The position numbers and the translations under genes were made by a program. A DNA stretch of 64,000 nucleotides. Source: Gammaproteobacteria bacterium. GTDB taxonomy: Bacteria > Pseudomonadota > Gammaproteobacteria > Coxiellales > Coxiellaceae. Below are positions 9,022-19,017 of the stretch, one piece after another. Position 1 is the stretch's first letter; each line of letters opens with the position of its first letter. The stretch spans positions 1,735 to 65,734 of the forward strand of contig JAHFRQ010000011.1 of assembly GCA_023266215.1 (NCBI GenBank). Reading direction: 5' to 3'. Under the pieces are notes generated by a model, which was not told the origin of the DNA, did not search any database, and was given only the letters and a program-made list of their open reading frames with translations.

Positions 9022-10167
9022 TTAATAAAAAGTATGATCATTTTTTTCAACATCTTCCACTGTGAGGGTGGATTTTTTGCCCCAAATCGAACTATAAGCA
9101 AAAATTTTGTAACCTAAAATAATCAGTAAAAGCACGACACCCACATATAGCATGACGTTTAAAGCGTATTGACTGGATGCTGCATTCCAAACTGTAATAC
9201 TTTGATTTGGGTTCGTTGAGGAAGGCATTAAAAATGGAAACAGGGCGGTTCCTGCCGTAGTTACAATGCCACCAACAGCAAAGCAGCTTGCCCAAAATGC
9301 GGTGGTGTACCAGCCGTAATAGCCTGCCCACAATGATTCGATAATACCGGCATAAGCTAAAATCGGTGGTAAATATTTCCATGGGTATTGATCAAAAGAA
9401 GCGACCCAGAATCCGACGCCTTGATGCACGACATTGTTGAGCGGTTCCAATGTTGGGTTGGCAGCAGAGGATATTAATTGATAGCCTGAAACATGATACA
9501 TCAGCAGTATACCCGTTCCGGTAAAGCCAATTAATAACAAAATGGCAGATATAATATGCACGCGACCTGCTAGTGCGCGAATACTTCCTTCGGTGCGGCG
9601 TTGCAAATAAGTTGAGCCATGCATCATAACCATTAATACGGATACAACACCCGATAATATTCCATAGGGATTTAATAATTGCCAAAAATTACCCGTATAA
9701 AAATCTTGATAAGTGTGCGGATCAAAGTGAAATGGAAAGCCTACAAAACAATTTCCCATTGCGACACCAAACACAAACACAGGCACAACGCCGCTGATAA
9801 ACAATGCCCAGTCCCACATTTTGCGCCAAGCTGCACTATCTATTTTGTTGCGGTATTCATAACCAGGTGGGCGTAAAAACATGGAAAATAAAATTAATAA
9901 CATTGCAGCGTACATGCCTGAAAAAGCAGTGCTATAGACAACAGGCCAGACGACAAACAAGCCGCCGCCTGCAAATACTAACCAGGTTAAATTACCATCC
10001 CAGGTTGGCGCACTGGTATTTAACACAAGGCGACGATCATTTTCATTTTTTAAAAATGGCATGTACATCGTGACGCCCGCATCAAAACCGGCTGTTGCAG
10101 CATAAACGACTAAAACGCAGCCAATAATAATCCACCAGATTAATTTCAAAAATTCATAATCAAACAT
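9022..10167 (-). CDS. cydB: Cytochrome bd ubiquinol oxidase subunit II
   Basis: 381-aa polytopic protein directly downstream of cydA with an 8-nt overlap. Typical CydB length and composition. Confidence 0.9.
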   Translation of the reverse strand: MFDYEFLKLIWWIIIGCVLVVYAATAGFDAGVTMYMPFLKNENDRRLVLNTSAPTWDGNLTWLVFAGGGLFVVWPVVYSTAFSGMYAAMLLILFSMFLRPPGYEYRNKIDSAAWRKMWDWALFISGVVPVFVFGVAMGNCFVGFPFHFDPHTYQDFYTGNFWQLLNPYGILSGVVSVLMVMMHGSTYLQRRTEGSIRALAGRVHIISAILLLIGFTGTGILLMYHVSGYQLISSAANPTLEPLNNVVHQGVGFWVASFDQYPWKYLPPILAYAGIIESLWAGYYGWYTTAFWASCFAVGGIVTTAGTALFPFLMPSSTNPNQSITVWNAASSQYALNVMLYVGVVLLLIILGYKIFAYSSIWGKKSTLTVEDVEKNDHTFY

Positions 10168-11731
10168 GATCGTCGCTCACTTTATTGTTTTCAAAATAAT
10201 ATTTCCCCGTATGTAAACTGCTGGGGCCCAATTTTGCAAACTTAAACATTAAAAATAACTCAATAGAAATTAATGCGCCGTAAAATAAAACAAATAAAAT
10301 TAAGCTTGTGACCAGCGACACCACATCTAGTGAAGAAGTGCCCATAAAAGTAGGTAAAATAAAATGAATCACCCAAGGCTGTCTGCCGACTTCCGCCAAC
10401 GTCCAGCCACATTCAACCGCTAAAAAAGGCACTGGAATTGCCCATAAACAGCATTTTAAAAAGAAAGGATGATTTTGCAATGTATTTTTAAGGGAGTAAA
10501 TCAATCCCAGCAAAAATAAAATCAACATGAAGCCCCAAGCCGCAATCATCACGCGGAAAGTCCAAAAAGCAGTTTGTACATTGGGAATACCGCTTTTCGC
10601 AGCTTGTGTAATTTGCAGCGGTGTGGCTTGAGCAATATTATCCGTAAAGGGTTTGAGTAAATACGCAAAACCTAAATCATTTTGATATTGCGTAAAAGTC
10701 GCGATAGTTTGTTTTGTCGCCGTATTTTTCCAGATTGCTTGTTGTGCGTTATAAGCTTTAATGCCATTTTTAACGCGCACTTCATATTTTGCAACAATGG
10801 GTTTAATGCCTTCAACCGTGCCTGTTAGAGAATGCGTTGCAATTAAACTTAATGCGTAAGGAATTTTGATTTCAAATTCATTTTTTTCAGCTTGCTGATT
10901 AGGCCATGCAATGACAGCCCATGCAGCAGGAGCTTTTGCTGTTGTCCATTGCGCTTCAATCGCTGCCATTTTTTCAGGCTCATCTTTTGCCACTTCCAAT
11001 CCATTTTGATCGCCGAAAAAAAGTACCATGAAAGAGCAAATTAATCCAAATGCGGCGCCCACTGCAAAAGAGCGCTTTGCAAAACCGATGTCGCGATTTT
11101 TTAATAAATAAAATGCGCTGATGCCCATGACAAACATAGATGCAACAGTGAATCCTGCGAAAGCAACGTGGCCAACACGAATTTGCGCAAGATAGTGCAA
11201 GTACAAACCCGCAATACTGTATAATTGCAGCGTCATATTTTTATAATTAAAAGTGGTTTCAACCGGATGCTGCATCCAGCTATTGGCCGCCAGAATATTC
11301 ACGATTGACAAGGTTGCGCCGATGGCCATAAAAAAAGTGACTATAAAATGCGCGCGTCGACTTAATTTATCCCAAGTAAAAAAGAATAAACCAAACATCG
11401 TTGCTTCCAACATAAAGGCGGTAATCCCTTCAATCGCTAAAATAGGGCCGAAGCTACCACCGATCATGCGTGAAAAATAAGCCCAATTTAAACCGAATTC
11501 AAATTCCATTGTGATGCCGCTAATAACGCCGATCGCAAAATTAATCGCTAATAATTTCGCCCAAAAACGCGTCATGTCTTTGTAAACGGCTTTTCCTGTT
11601 TTTAAATACGCCGCTTCCATGACCACTAAAATCCATGTTAAGCCAAGTGTAATCGGCACAAACAAGAAGTGAAAAAGTGCAGTAAAAGCGAATTGAAGAC
11701 GGGAAAGATCAGCAACTAAAAAATGGGTCAT
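10160..11731 (-). CDS. cydA: Cytochrome bd ubiquinol oxidase subunit I
   Basis: N-terminus LSRLQFAFTALFHFLFVPITLGL and the Q-loop region are typical of CydA. 523 aa. Confidence 0.9.
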   Translation of the reverse strand: MTHFLVADLSRLQFAFTALFHFLFVPITLGLTWILVVMEAAYLKTGKAVYKDMTRFWAKLLAINFAIGVISGITMEFEFGLNWAYFSRMIGGSFGPILAIEGITAFMLEATMFGLFFFTWDKLSRRAHFIVTFFMAIGATLSIVNILAANSWMQHPVETTFNYKNMTLQLYSIAGLYLHYLAQIRVGHVAFAGFTVASMFVMGISAFYLLKNRDIGFAKRSFAVGAAFGLICSFMVLFFGDQNGLEVAKDEPEKMAAIEAQWTTAKAPAAWAVIAWPNQQAEKNEFEIKIPYALSLIATHSLTGTVEGIKPIVAKYEVRVKNGIKAYNAQQAIWKNTATKQTIATFTQYQNDLGFAYLLKPFTDNIAQATPLQITQAAKSGIPNVQTAFWTFRVMIAAWGFMLILFLLGLIYSLKNTLQNHPFFLKCCLWAIPVPFLAVECGWTLAEVGRQPWVIHFILPTFMGTSSLDVVSLVTSLILFVLFYGALISIELFLMFKFAKLGPSSLHTGKYYFENNKVSDDHV

Positions 11732-11849
11732 CGCAGGGTTTTCCTTTTAAAATGAACGACAAAGATGAAGCTAATTTATCATCATCTCATTTTTCAGTCT
11801 AGTTTTTGCACAAAGATGGGAGTGGTTATCATTAGCGTTGGGGTGTGTT

Positions 11850-11868
11850 TTTTGTATAGAATACAAAA
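11850..11868. promoter_or_regulatory. Palindrome TTTTGTAT-AGA-ATACAAAA upstream of rhuM
   Basis: 8-bp arms with a 3-nt spacer, 31 nt before ATG 11899. It contains the -10-like TAGAAT. Confidence 0.25.
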
Positions 11869-11898
11869 CCAAAAAGCCTTTGCGGAGAATTATAAAAC

Positions 11899-12936
11899 AT
11901 GAACACTAATCTAACAGCACCAAGCAATTCTCAAATTATTATTTATCGCAACGATAGCGGTGATGTGAAGCTGGACGTTCGCTTGGATGGAGATACGGTT
12001 TGGTTGACGCAAAAAATGATTGCGCAGCTGCTTGATTGCAGCACCGACAATATTGGCCTGCACTTTAAAAATATATTTAAAGATGGCGAATTGGCTGAGA
12101 TTTCAGTAACCGAGGAATTCTCGGTAACTGCTTCAGATGGGAAAAAATATCGCATAAAGCATTACAATCTTGATGCCATTATTTCAGTGGGTTATCGGGT
12201 TAATTCTGGTCGCGCTACCCAATTTCGCATCTGGGCGACTCAAACTCTTAAAGAATACATTATCAAAGGATTTGTATTGGATGACGAAAGGCTCAAGAAC
12301 CCTGATTTGCCATTTGACTATTTTGAAGAGCTAACGCGTCGTATTCAGGATATTCGAACTTCTGAAAAAAGATTTTATCGTAAGATTACGGATATTTATG
12401 CGCTGAGCGTTGATTATGATCCAACCGATGAGATGAGCATTCAGTTTTTTAAAACAGTGCAAAATAAAATGCATTGGGCAATCACCGGGAAAACAGCGGC
12501 AGAAATTATTGCGAGTAGGGCAGATAGCAAAAAGCCGAATATGGGTTTAACCCATTTTCGCGGGACTATTCCAAGAAAGGATGACGTTGTGATTGCCAAA
12601 AATTATCTTGATGAAAATGAACTGAGCGCATTGAATAATTTGGTTGAGCAGTATTTAATTTTTGCTGAAGGGCAGGCCATGCGACGAATTTCTATGCACA
12701 TGAGAGAGTGGATTGAAAAATTACATGGTTTTTTACAGCTAAATGATAGAAATATTTTAAATCACGCTGGAAAAATATCGCATGAATTAGCGAGAGAAAT
12801 GGCTGAAAATGAATATGATCAATTTCATAGTAAGCAGCTAAAGTTAAAATCTAATTCGGACAGCGATTTTGAAAAGGCCATTACAGTCATTGCGGAGAAA
12901 AAATTTCGCAGAAAATCCAAAGAATCCTGCGCGTAG
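11899..12936 (+). CDS. RhuM family virulence protein
   Basis: N-terminal IIIYRNDSGDVKLDVRLDGDTVWLTQKMIAQL and the core YNLDAIISVGYRVNSGRATQFRIWATQTLKEY are hallmark RhuM-family motifs. Confidence 0.8.
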   Translation: MNTNLTAPSNSQIIIYRNDSGDVKLDVRLDGDTVWLTQKMIAQLLDCSTDNIGLHFKNIFKDGELAEISVTEEFSVTASDGKKYRIKHYNLDAIISVGYRVNSGRATQFRIWATQTLKEYIIKGFVLDDERLKNPDLPFDYFEELTRRIQDIRTSEKRFYRKITDIYALSVDYDPTDEMSIQFFKTVQNKMHWAITGKTAAEIIASRADSKKPNMGLTHFRGTIPRKDDVVIAKNYLDENELSALNNLVEQYLIFAEGQAMRRISMHMREWIEKLHGFLQLNDRNILNHAGKISHELAREMAENEYDQFHSKQLKLKSNSDSDFEKAITVIAEKKFRRKSKESCA

Positions 12937-12940
12937 AAAG

Positions 12941-13005
12941 AATCCGCTCATTTCGCCTTGAATACAAGGCTCCATTTGCGGCTCCTTCGCTGCCTATAGT
13001 AAATA
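12941..13005 (+). repeat. Family-2 hairpin repeat, copy A (AATCCGC...GCGG..TCCTTC...TAGTAAAT)
   Basis: Starts 4 nt after the rhuM stop. AATCCGCTCATTTCGCCTTGAATACAAGGCT closely matches copy B at 58841. Inner stem is GCCTTG/CAAGGC. Confidence 0.7.
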
Positions 13006-13061
13006 ATTACATAATTACTTTGATATCAGACAAACCTAATCGCCTTGTTTTTTCAATAAAA

Positions 13062-13598
13062 CTAAACCCCCATTTTCTTCTGGAGTTTTAATGCGCAAGC
13101 CAGATGCATGGCAACTGTGGCTCTTGTGCTGACCATGAATTTTTTCATTTCAGCAGATTGTGCTGTTTGCATTAATTGAGTATCAATTAATTTTAATGCC
13201 GCTTCGTGACCAGAAACCATCGCATTGACATAAGCATGATCAAATTGATTGCCGTTTAATGCAGCAATTTGTAACATGCCTTTATTGCCTGCCGCAGTGA
13301 GTTTGATTGCAGTTGAGCTGGTCAATGGCATTGCATGAAGTTGATTGGCCATTTCTAGAATCTGCGTGAGGTTTGCGCTATGTTGATCGATCATCATGTT
13401 GGCAAGATCTTTAACGCCATGCGTGATTTTTTTGTTTTTTGCAACAAGCCCAATTAAAATTTCATTTTTATCAATCGCCGCGATGGTTGCCAATGTTTTT
13501 GTTTCAGCAGGAGTTGTGTTTGCAAAAGCAGCCTGAGCTGAAAATACTAATGCTAGCGTTAATGTCGCGCCGAGTGTTAATAACTTAAGTGATTTCAT
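13062..13598 (-). CDS. DUF4142-like secreted/periplasmic protein
   Basis: Signal peptide (MKSLKLLTLGATLTLALVFSAQA). Helical protein with the DQHSANL and HEAALKL motifs seen in the DUF4142 family. Confidence 0.5.
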   Translation of the reverse strand: MKSLKLLTLGATLTLALVFSAQAAFANTTPAETKTLATIAAIDKNEILIGLVAKNKKITHGVKDLANMMIDQHSANLTQILEMANQLHAMPLTSSTAIKLTAAGNKGMLQIAALNGNQFDHAYVNAMVSGHEAALKLIDTQLMQTAQSAEMKKFMVSTRATVAMHLACALKLQKKMGV

Positions 13599-13694
13599 CT
13601 TGACTCCCCATTAAAATATTTAACATCAAAAGAGCGACTATAGCATAATTTCTCGACCTCAGGTATTGTAATGCTTTTTAGGGAGTGATTTTCA

Positions 13695-14033
13695 ATGGAA
13701 TGGGCAAGGATGCACGCATTACTCGTGATTATTCAGCATTGCATTTCTTTTATCGGAATTCTTATTATTTTTACAGGCGTCATTGTCGCGTTGTGCCAAT
13801 ATGCTCGCTGTTTTTTTAAAAGCACCACAATCAATACCAGCGCTATTCGCTTGAGCTTAGGACGAATTTTAATTTTGGGGTTAGAGTTTATTGTTGCGGC
13901 AGATTTAATCGGCACAACGACCGCGCCAGATTATTATACGGTTGGTATTTTAGCTTGTATCGTTGCAATCCGAACTGTATTAACTTACTCATTAAGCAAA
14001 GAAATGAATGCGCTAGCCAATGAGCCCGCATAA
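13695..14033 (+). CDS. DUF1622-like small membrane protein
   Basis: 112 aa, 3 predicted TM helices. The LGLEFIVAADLIGT motif is typical of DUF1622. Confidence 0.5.
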   Translation: MEWARMHALLVIIQHCISFIGILIIFTGVIVALCQYARCFFKSTTINTSAIRLSLGRILILGLEFIVAADLIGTTTAPDYYTVGILACIVAIRTVLTYSLSKEMNALANEPA

Positions 14034-14052
14034 ATAAATTAGGAGAATAAAA

Positions 14053-14847
14053 ATGTTGTTGAATAAAAAATTAATATTACCGCTTTTATTTGCATCTACT
14101 GTTGCATGCGCAGGCGGGCAAGAACCAGTTCCAACAGATACCCCAGCAGATACCAATGACAATATTCAATTTACGATTACGCCTTATTTATGGGCGATTA
14201 ATATGAATGGTTACGTGGGTGTTGCGTCTTTATCATCACAGCATGTTTCTCAAGATTTTTCAGATATTATGCAGAATTTTGATGCGGGCGGTATGCTCTA
14301 TCTTGAAGCGAAAAAAAATGGCTTAGGTATATTTTTTAATGGATTATATGCAGCGTTGTCTCAAACAGTTCATGTGGGATCACTCACTATTAATACGACC
14401 AATGGCTTTGGTTTATTCAGCGGTGGTGTTTCGTATGAAACATTTGATCGCACTTTTCAAAATGGCAGCGAGCTTTCTGTTGAGCCTTACCTTGGCGTGC
14501 GCGATACATTAAATGACGCGACGGTAAGTATTGCTAATACGAATTTGTCTGCCAGTCTGAACGAACAATGGGTTGATCCCATTTTGGGCGCGCGCGTGAA
14601 TTATAATATCACCAAGGCGTGGCTTACTGTGCTTGCTGCTGATGTGGGCGGTTTATCGAGTTCGGATTACAGTTTTAATGCCAATGGTTACATTGGATAC
14701 AAGCCACAGACCATGATGAAAAACATGGTGTTTTATTTAGGTTATCGCTGGTTGCATCAAAATTATCAAACCGGCGCGAATACCAATTATTTCTCATGGA
14801 ATATGGATATTTTTGGCCCCGTGGTTGGCATATCATTCGTATTTTAA
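14053..14847 (+). CDS. Putative outer-membrane beta-barrel protein
   Basis: Signal peptide ending VAC-AGG. Alternating aromatic/hydrophilic strands. C-terminal ...VGISFVF, an aromatic terminus typical of OMPs. Confidence 0.55.
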   Translation: MLLNKKLILPLLFASTVACAGGQEPVPTDTPADTNDNIQFTITPYLWAINMNGYVGVASLSSQHVSQDFSDIMQNFDAGGMLYLEAKKNGLGIFFNGLYAALSQTVHVGSLTINTTNGFGLFSGGVSYETFDRTFQNGSELSVEPYLGVRDTLNDATVSIANTNLSASLNEQWVDPILGARVNYNITKAWLTVLAADVGGLSSSDYSFNANGYIGYKPQTMMKNMVFYLGYRWLHQNYQTGANTNYFSWNMDIFGPVVGISFVF

Positions 14848-14892
14848 AAAATTTTCCATTATACTAACTTCATCATTTTCAAGGAGAAAATA

Positions 14893-17316
14893 ATGATGGT
14901 AGTAGCATGGATTGTTTTCTGGTTGGCTGCAATGACTGTTTTGGCATTTCAGCGCGCATCTTTGTCAGTGTGGACGATTGGAATGGGAGTTTTTTTAATT
15001 CTCTGTTCTTATTTTTCAGGTTTCCATTATTTTACACTCACTGTATTCTGGTTAATTTATTTAATTATTTTTGGCGTCTTAAATTTAAAATTTATTCGCT
15101 GCATGCTGCTCACCAAAACTATTTTCAGTATCTACAAAAAAATCACGCCTGCTTTATCTGAAACTGAAAAAGAAGCCATTAACGCTGGCGATATTGCCTG
15201 GGAAGGGGATTTATTTTCAGGAATGCCAGACTGGAAAAAATTACAAGCGATGCACCTTTCAAAGCTAACTGTCGAAGAACAAGCGATTTTAAATGGTCCC
15301 GTTGAAGAATTTTGCACCAAAGTGAATAACTGGAAATTTAATCATGACATGCAAATCCCCAAGGCATTGTTAGATTTTCTAGGTAAAAATGGTTTGTTGG
15401 GAATGATTATTCCGAAAAAATTTGGTGGCCTAGAATTTTCGCATTTTGCGCATTCGCAAGTGATTACCAAATTAGCGAGCGCCAGTTGCGGCGCAGCGAT
15501 TTTAACCAGCGTTCCCAATTCATTGGGGCCTGCTGAATTATTAATGCATTATGGAACAGATGAGCAAAAAAATTATTATTTACCGCGTTTGGCCAATGGC
15601 ACCGATATTCCATGCTTTGCCCTAACCAGTCCTTTGGCGGGCTCTGATGCAAGCTCAATTGAAGATTATGGCGTTGTATGCGAAGCCGAATTTGAAGGCA
15701 AAAAGCAATTATGCATGAAATTAAATTGGAACAAGCGCTATATTACTTTATCGCCGGTAGCAACTTTATTGGGCCTTGCTTTTAAATTATATGATCCAGA
15801 GCATCTATTGGGACAAAAAGAATCCATTGGTATTACCTGCGCATTAATTCCCGTACATTTAAAAAATGTTGAAACAGGTCGCCGCCATTTTCCACTACAC
15901 AGCGCATTTCCCAATGGTCCGACGCGCGGAAAAGATGTGTTAGTGCCACTTGATTATATTATTGGCGGACCCAAAATGGCGGGTCATGGTTGGCGTATGC
16001 TGATGGAATGTTTGGCTGCAGGGCGTGGCATTTCAATTCCATCGATGGTCACGGGCGGATTAAAATTAGCGACATTGGCAACGGGCGCTTACACGCGTAT
16101 TCGTCGGCAATTTAAAATGGGTATTGCAAAATTCGGTGGCATTGAAGAAGTGTTAACGCGTATTGCGTCGAATATGTATGCGATGGAAGCAACACGTGTA
16201 TTCACCGTTTCTATTTTAGATCAAGGAAAGCGTGCGGCAGTGGCTTCTGCGATTTCAAAATATCACGTAACAGAAATGGGTCGCGCCGCAATAGTAGATG
16301 CAATGGACGTGCATGGCGGCAAAGGTATTTGTATGGGGCCGTCAAATTATTTGGCGCAAGGTTATTTAGAAGCGCCCATTGGCATTACGGTTGAAGGCGC
16401 TAATATTTTAACGCGTTCAATGATTATTTTCGGACAAGGTGCGATTCGTTGTCATCCTTATGTTTTAAAAGAAATGATGGCGGCGCAAAATGCCAATCAA
16501 AAAGAAGGGTTAAAAGAATTTGATCAGGCGATTTTTGGTCACCTGGGTTTTATATTAAGCAATAAGACGCGGGCTTTTATATTGGGTTTAACCAATGGCT
16601 ATTTTGCCAAAGCGCCGAGTGGTCAATTGAAACGTTTTTATCAGAAATTCTCACGCTTTTCAGCCTGCCTTGCGTTTTTAGCTGATGTTGCGATGATCAC
16701 GATGGGTGGCGAATTAAAACGTGCAGAAAAAATATCAGCGCGTTTTGGGGATATTTTGAGTTACTTATACATCGGTTCTGCTGTATTGAAATATTTTGAA
16801 GAGCAGCAGTGTCCTCTTGCGGAATGGCCAATGGTGCAATGGATTTGTCAGGATTTATTATTTAAAATGCAAACTCAAGTGGATGGTTTATTGATAAATC
16901 TTCCTAATCGCTGGATCGCTAGATTGTGCCGTGTTGTTGTATTTCCATTGGGACAATATTTGCGTGTGCCAAATGACGAATTAGGTGCGCGCGCTGCAGT
17001 GTTGATCACAGAACCGAGCGAATTTCGTGCGCGACTTGCTAAAAATATTTATTACACGCCGAATGATAATAATCCAGGTGCAAAATTAGAAGCCGTGATG
17101 TTGCAAGTGATCGCAGCAGAGCCGCTTGAGAAAAAATTAATGATGGCAAAGCATTTTGGTAAAATTCAGGGTAAAACCAATGAAGAATTAATTTTATCAG
17201 CACTACAGAATAAAATTATCTCATTAGAAGAATCAAATACGCTGACATGTGTTTTTGAGTCTCGCATGAGCGTTGTGAATGTAGATGATTTTTCGCCGGA
17301 TTTTTTTAAGTCGTAA
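14893..17316 (+). CDS. fadE: Acyl-CoA dehydrogenase, FadE type
   Basis: 807 aa. N-terminal membrane anchor plus an ACAD core (ALTSPLAGSDASS, ITVEGANILTRSMIIFGQGAIRCHPY) and a DUF1974-like tail, as in FadE. Confidence 0.85.
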   Translation: MMVVAWIVFWLAAMTVLAFQRASLSVWTIGMGVFLILCSYFSGFHYFTLTVFWLIYLIIFGVLNLKFIRCMLLTKTIFSIYKKITPALSETEKEAINAGDIAWEGDLFSGMPDWKKLQAMHLSKLTVEEQAILNGPVEEFCTKVNNWKFNHDMQIPKALLDFLGKNGLLGMIIPKKFGGLEFSHFAHSQVITKLASASCGAAILTSVPNSLGPAELLMHYGTDEQKNYYLPRLANGTDIPCFALTSPLAGSDASSIEDYGVVCEAEFEGKKQLCMKLNWNKRYITLSPVATLLGLAFKLYDPEHLLGQKESIGITCALIPVHLKNVETGRRHFPLHSAFPNGPTRGKDVLVPLDYIIGGPKMAGHGWRMLMECLAAGRGISIPSMVTGGLKLATLATGAYTRIRRQFKMGIAKFGGIEEVLTRIASNMYAMEATRVFTVSILDQGKRAAVASAISKYHVTEMGRAAIVDAMDVHGGKGICMGPSNYLAQGYLEAPIGITVEGANILTRSMIIFGQGAIRCHPYVLKEMMAAQNANQKEGLKEFDQAIFGHLGFILSNKTRAFILGLTNGYFAKAPSGQLKRFYQKFSRFSACLAFLADVAMITMGGELKRAEKISARFGDILSYLYIGSAVLKYFEEQQCPLAEWPMVQWICQDLLFKMQTQVDGLLINLPNRWIARLCRVVVFPLGQYLRVPNDELGARAAVLITEPSEFRARLAKNIYYTPNDNNPGAKLEAVMLQVIAAEPLEKKLMMAKHFGKIQGKTNEELILSALQNKIISLEESNTLTCVFESRMSVVNVDDFSPDFFKS

Positions 17317-17330
17317 GGAAAAAGACTTGC

Positions 17331-19007
17331 ATGGAAAATAAAATATGGCTCTCTCAATACAGCCCTGATGTGCCGGCGACGATTGACCCAGATCAATTTT
17401 CATCGCTTTCTTCTTTCTTTGAAAAATACGCAGAAGATTTTTCACAACGTCCTGTTTACACTAATTTTGGCACTACTATTTCTTATGCTGAAATGAAATC
17501 AGCTGTTCGAGATTTTGCTGCATTTTTACAAAATAATTGGGGTCTTAAAAAGGGCGCGCGCATTGCCATGATGATGCCCAATATTTTGCAATATCCCATT
17601 TGTATTTTTGGCGCATTAAAAGCAGGATTAGTTGTTGTTAATATTAATCCACTGTACACAGCACCAGAGCTTGTAAAACAATTACAAGACTCAGGCGCAG
17701 AAGCCATTATTGTTTTGGAAAATTTTGCTGATCATCTTGCAGAAGCGTTGCCGCATACTGAAGTAGCACATGTTATGATCACCAAAATAGGTGATTTATT
17801 GGGAAATATTAAAGGCGCGCTGTTTAATTTTGTCACGCGCTATATCGAGAAAAAAATACCCTACTATAAATTACCCAAAGCTATTTTTTTAAAAGAAGCA
17901 ATACAGCTTGGAAAGAGCTTATCTTTTGCTGAAATAAATATTCAAAATACAGACACCGCATTTTTACAATATACAGGCGGCACGACTGGGCGTTCAAAGG
18001 GCGCTGTTTTATCGCATCGCAATATTATTGCGAACGTGATGCAATGCGTTTCATGGATTCACGATATTAAAGAACAAAATCATGGCGTATTAATCGGTGC
18101 GTTGCCGCTGTACCATATTTTTTCTTTGATGGTGTGCGGCGTGTCTATTTTTGCGATGGGTGCTTCGACATTATTAATTACCAATCCACGTGATACGCGA
18201 GCTTTTGTCAAAGCGCTGAAGCATTGTAAAATGACCATGATGATTGGTTTGAATACTTTATTTAATGCACTATTAAATAATCCTGATTTTAAAAAAGTTG
18301 ATTTTTCAAAATTAACATTAACCATTTCGGGCGGCATGGCAATGCAAAAGGCCGTTGCAGATCGATGGCAAGCAGTGACAGGCATTCCTGTTTTAGAAGG
18401 TTATGGTTTAACAGAATCTAGCCCTGTTTTAACAATGTGTCCCACTAATTCAACGCATTTCACGGGTAGCGCTGGATTGCCTGTGCCCTCGACAGAAGTG
18501 GTGATTCGAGATGAAGACGGCCATGATTTACCGTTTAATCAGCAAGGCGAAATTTGCGCGCGTGGCCCGCAGGTGATGAAAGAGTATTGGCGCCAGCCTG
18601 ACGAAACCAGACACGTTTTAGATGAACATGGTTGGCTTCGCACGGGTGATATTGGCTACATGAACGAACGCGGATTTGTTTATATCGTCGATCGCAAAAA
18701 AGACATGGTATTAATTTCAGGGTTTAACGTATATCCGAATGAAGTAGAGGCTATTATTGCTTCACATCCAGATGTGAAAGAAGTCGCCGTGGTTGGCGTG
18801 CCTTCTTCAAAAACAGGCGAGGCTTTAAAAGCCTTTGTTGTGAAGCGTGACCCTGATTTAACCGAGGCAGAATTAATTGCATTTTGCCGCAAATCGCTGA
18901 CTGCTTATAAAATTCCGCATGTGATTGAGTTTCGTGATACGCTGCCATTATCCAACGTAGGTAAAGTATTGCGCCGCGTTTTGCGCGATGAAAAAACCGC
19001 TAACTAG
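17331..19007 (+). CDS. fadD: Long-chain-fatty-acid--CoA ligase
   Basis: AMP-binding motifs YTGGTTGRSKGA, GYGLTE and TGDIGYMNERGFVYIVDRKKD. 558 aa, adjacent to fadE. Confidence 0.9.
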   Translation: MENKIWLSQYSPDVPATIDPDQFSSLSSFFEKYAEDFSQRPVYTNFGTTISYAEMKSAVRDFAAFLQNNWGLKKGARIAMMMPNILQYPICIFGALKAGLVVVNINPLYTAPELVKQLQDSGAEAIIVLENFADHLAEALPHTEVAHVMITKIGDLLGNIKGALFNFVTRYIEKKIPYYKLPKAIFLKEAIQLGKSLSFAEINIQNTDTAFLQYTGGTTGRSKGAVLSHRNIIANVMQCVSWIHDIKEQNHGVLIGALPLYHIFSLMVCGVSIFAMGASTLLITNPRDTRAFVKALKHCKMTMMIGLNTLFNALLNNPDFKKVDFSKLTLTISGGMAMQKAVADRWQAVTGIPVLEGYGLTESSPVLTMCPTNSTHFTGSAGLPVPSTEVVIRDEDGHDLPFNQQGEICARGPQVMKEYWRQPDETRHVLDEHGWLRTGDIGYMNERGFVYIVDRKKDMVLISGFNVYPNEVEAIIASHPDVKEVAVVGVPSSKTGEALKAFVVKRDPDLTEAELIAFCRKSLTAYKIPHVIEFRDTLPLSNVGKVLRRVLRDEKTAN

Positions 19008-19017
19008 GAGCTGAGGT

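Noticed and set aside
9092-9876. Track ORFs nested in cydB (9092-9382, 9392-9685 on -, 9679-9876 on +), and similar nested ORFs in msbA, fadE, fadD, valS, lysAC and elsewhere
   Set aside because: They are alternative-frame or antisense ORFs inside well-supported long genes. They have low-complexity or Cys/Arg-rich composition and no RBS context.
12941-13005. Interpreting family-2 repeats as integron attC sites (they start right after stop codons)
   Set aside because: No integron integrase or attI is present. The copies occur in both orientations. I could not find the RYYYAAC/GTTRRRY core pair. Kept only as a loose analogy.
19008-19017. LexA (SOS) box controlling dinD
   Set aside because: Only 10 nt separate fadD and dinD, and no CTGT-N8-ACAG motif is present there or in the 3' end of fadD as far as I could see.
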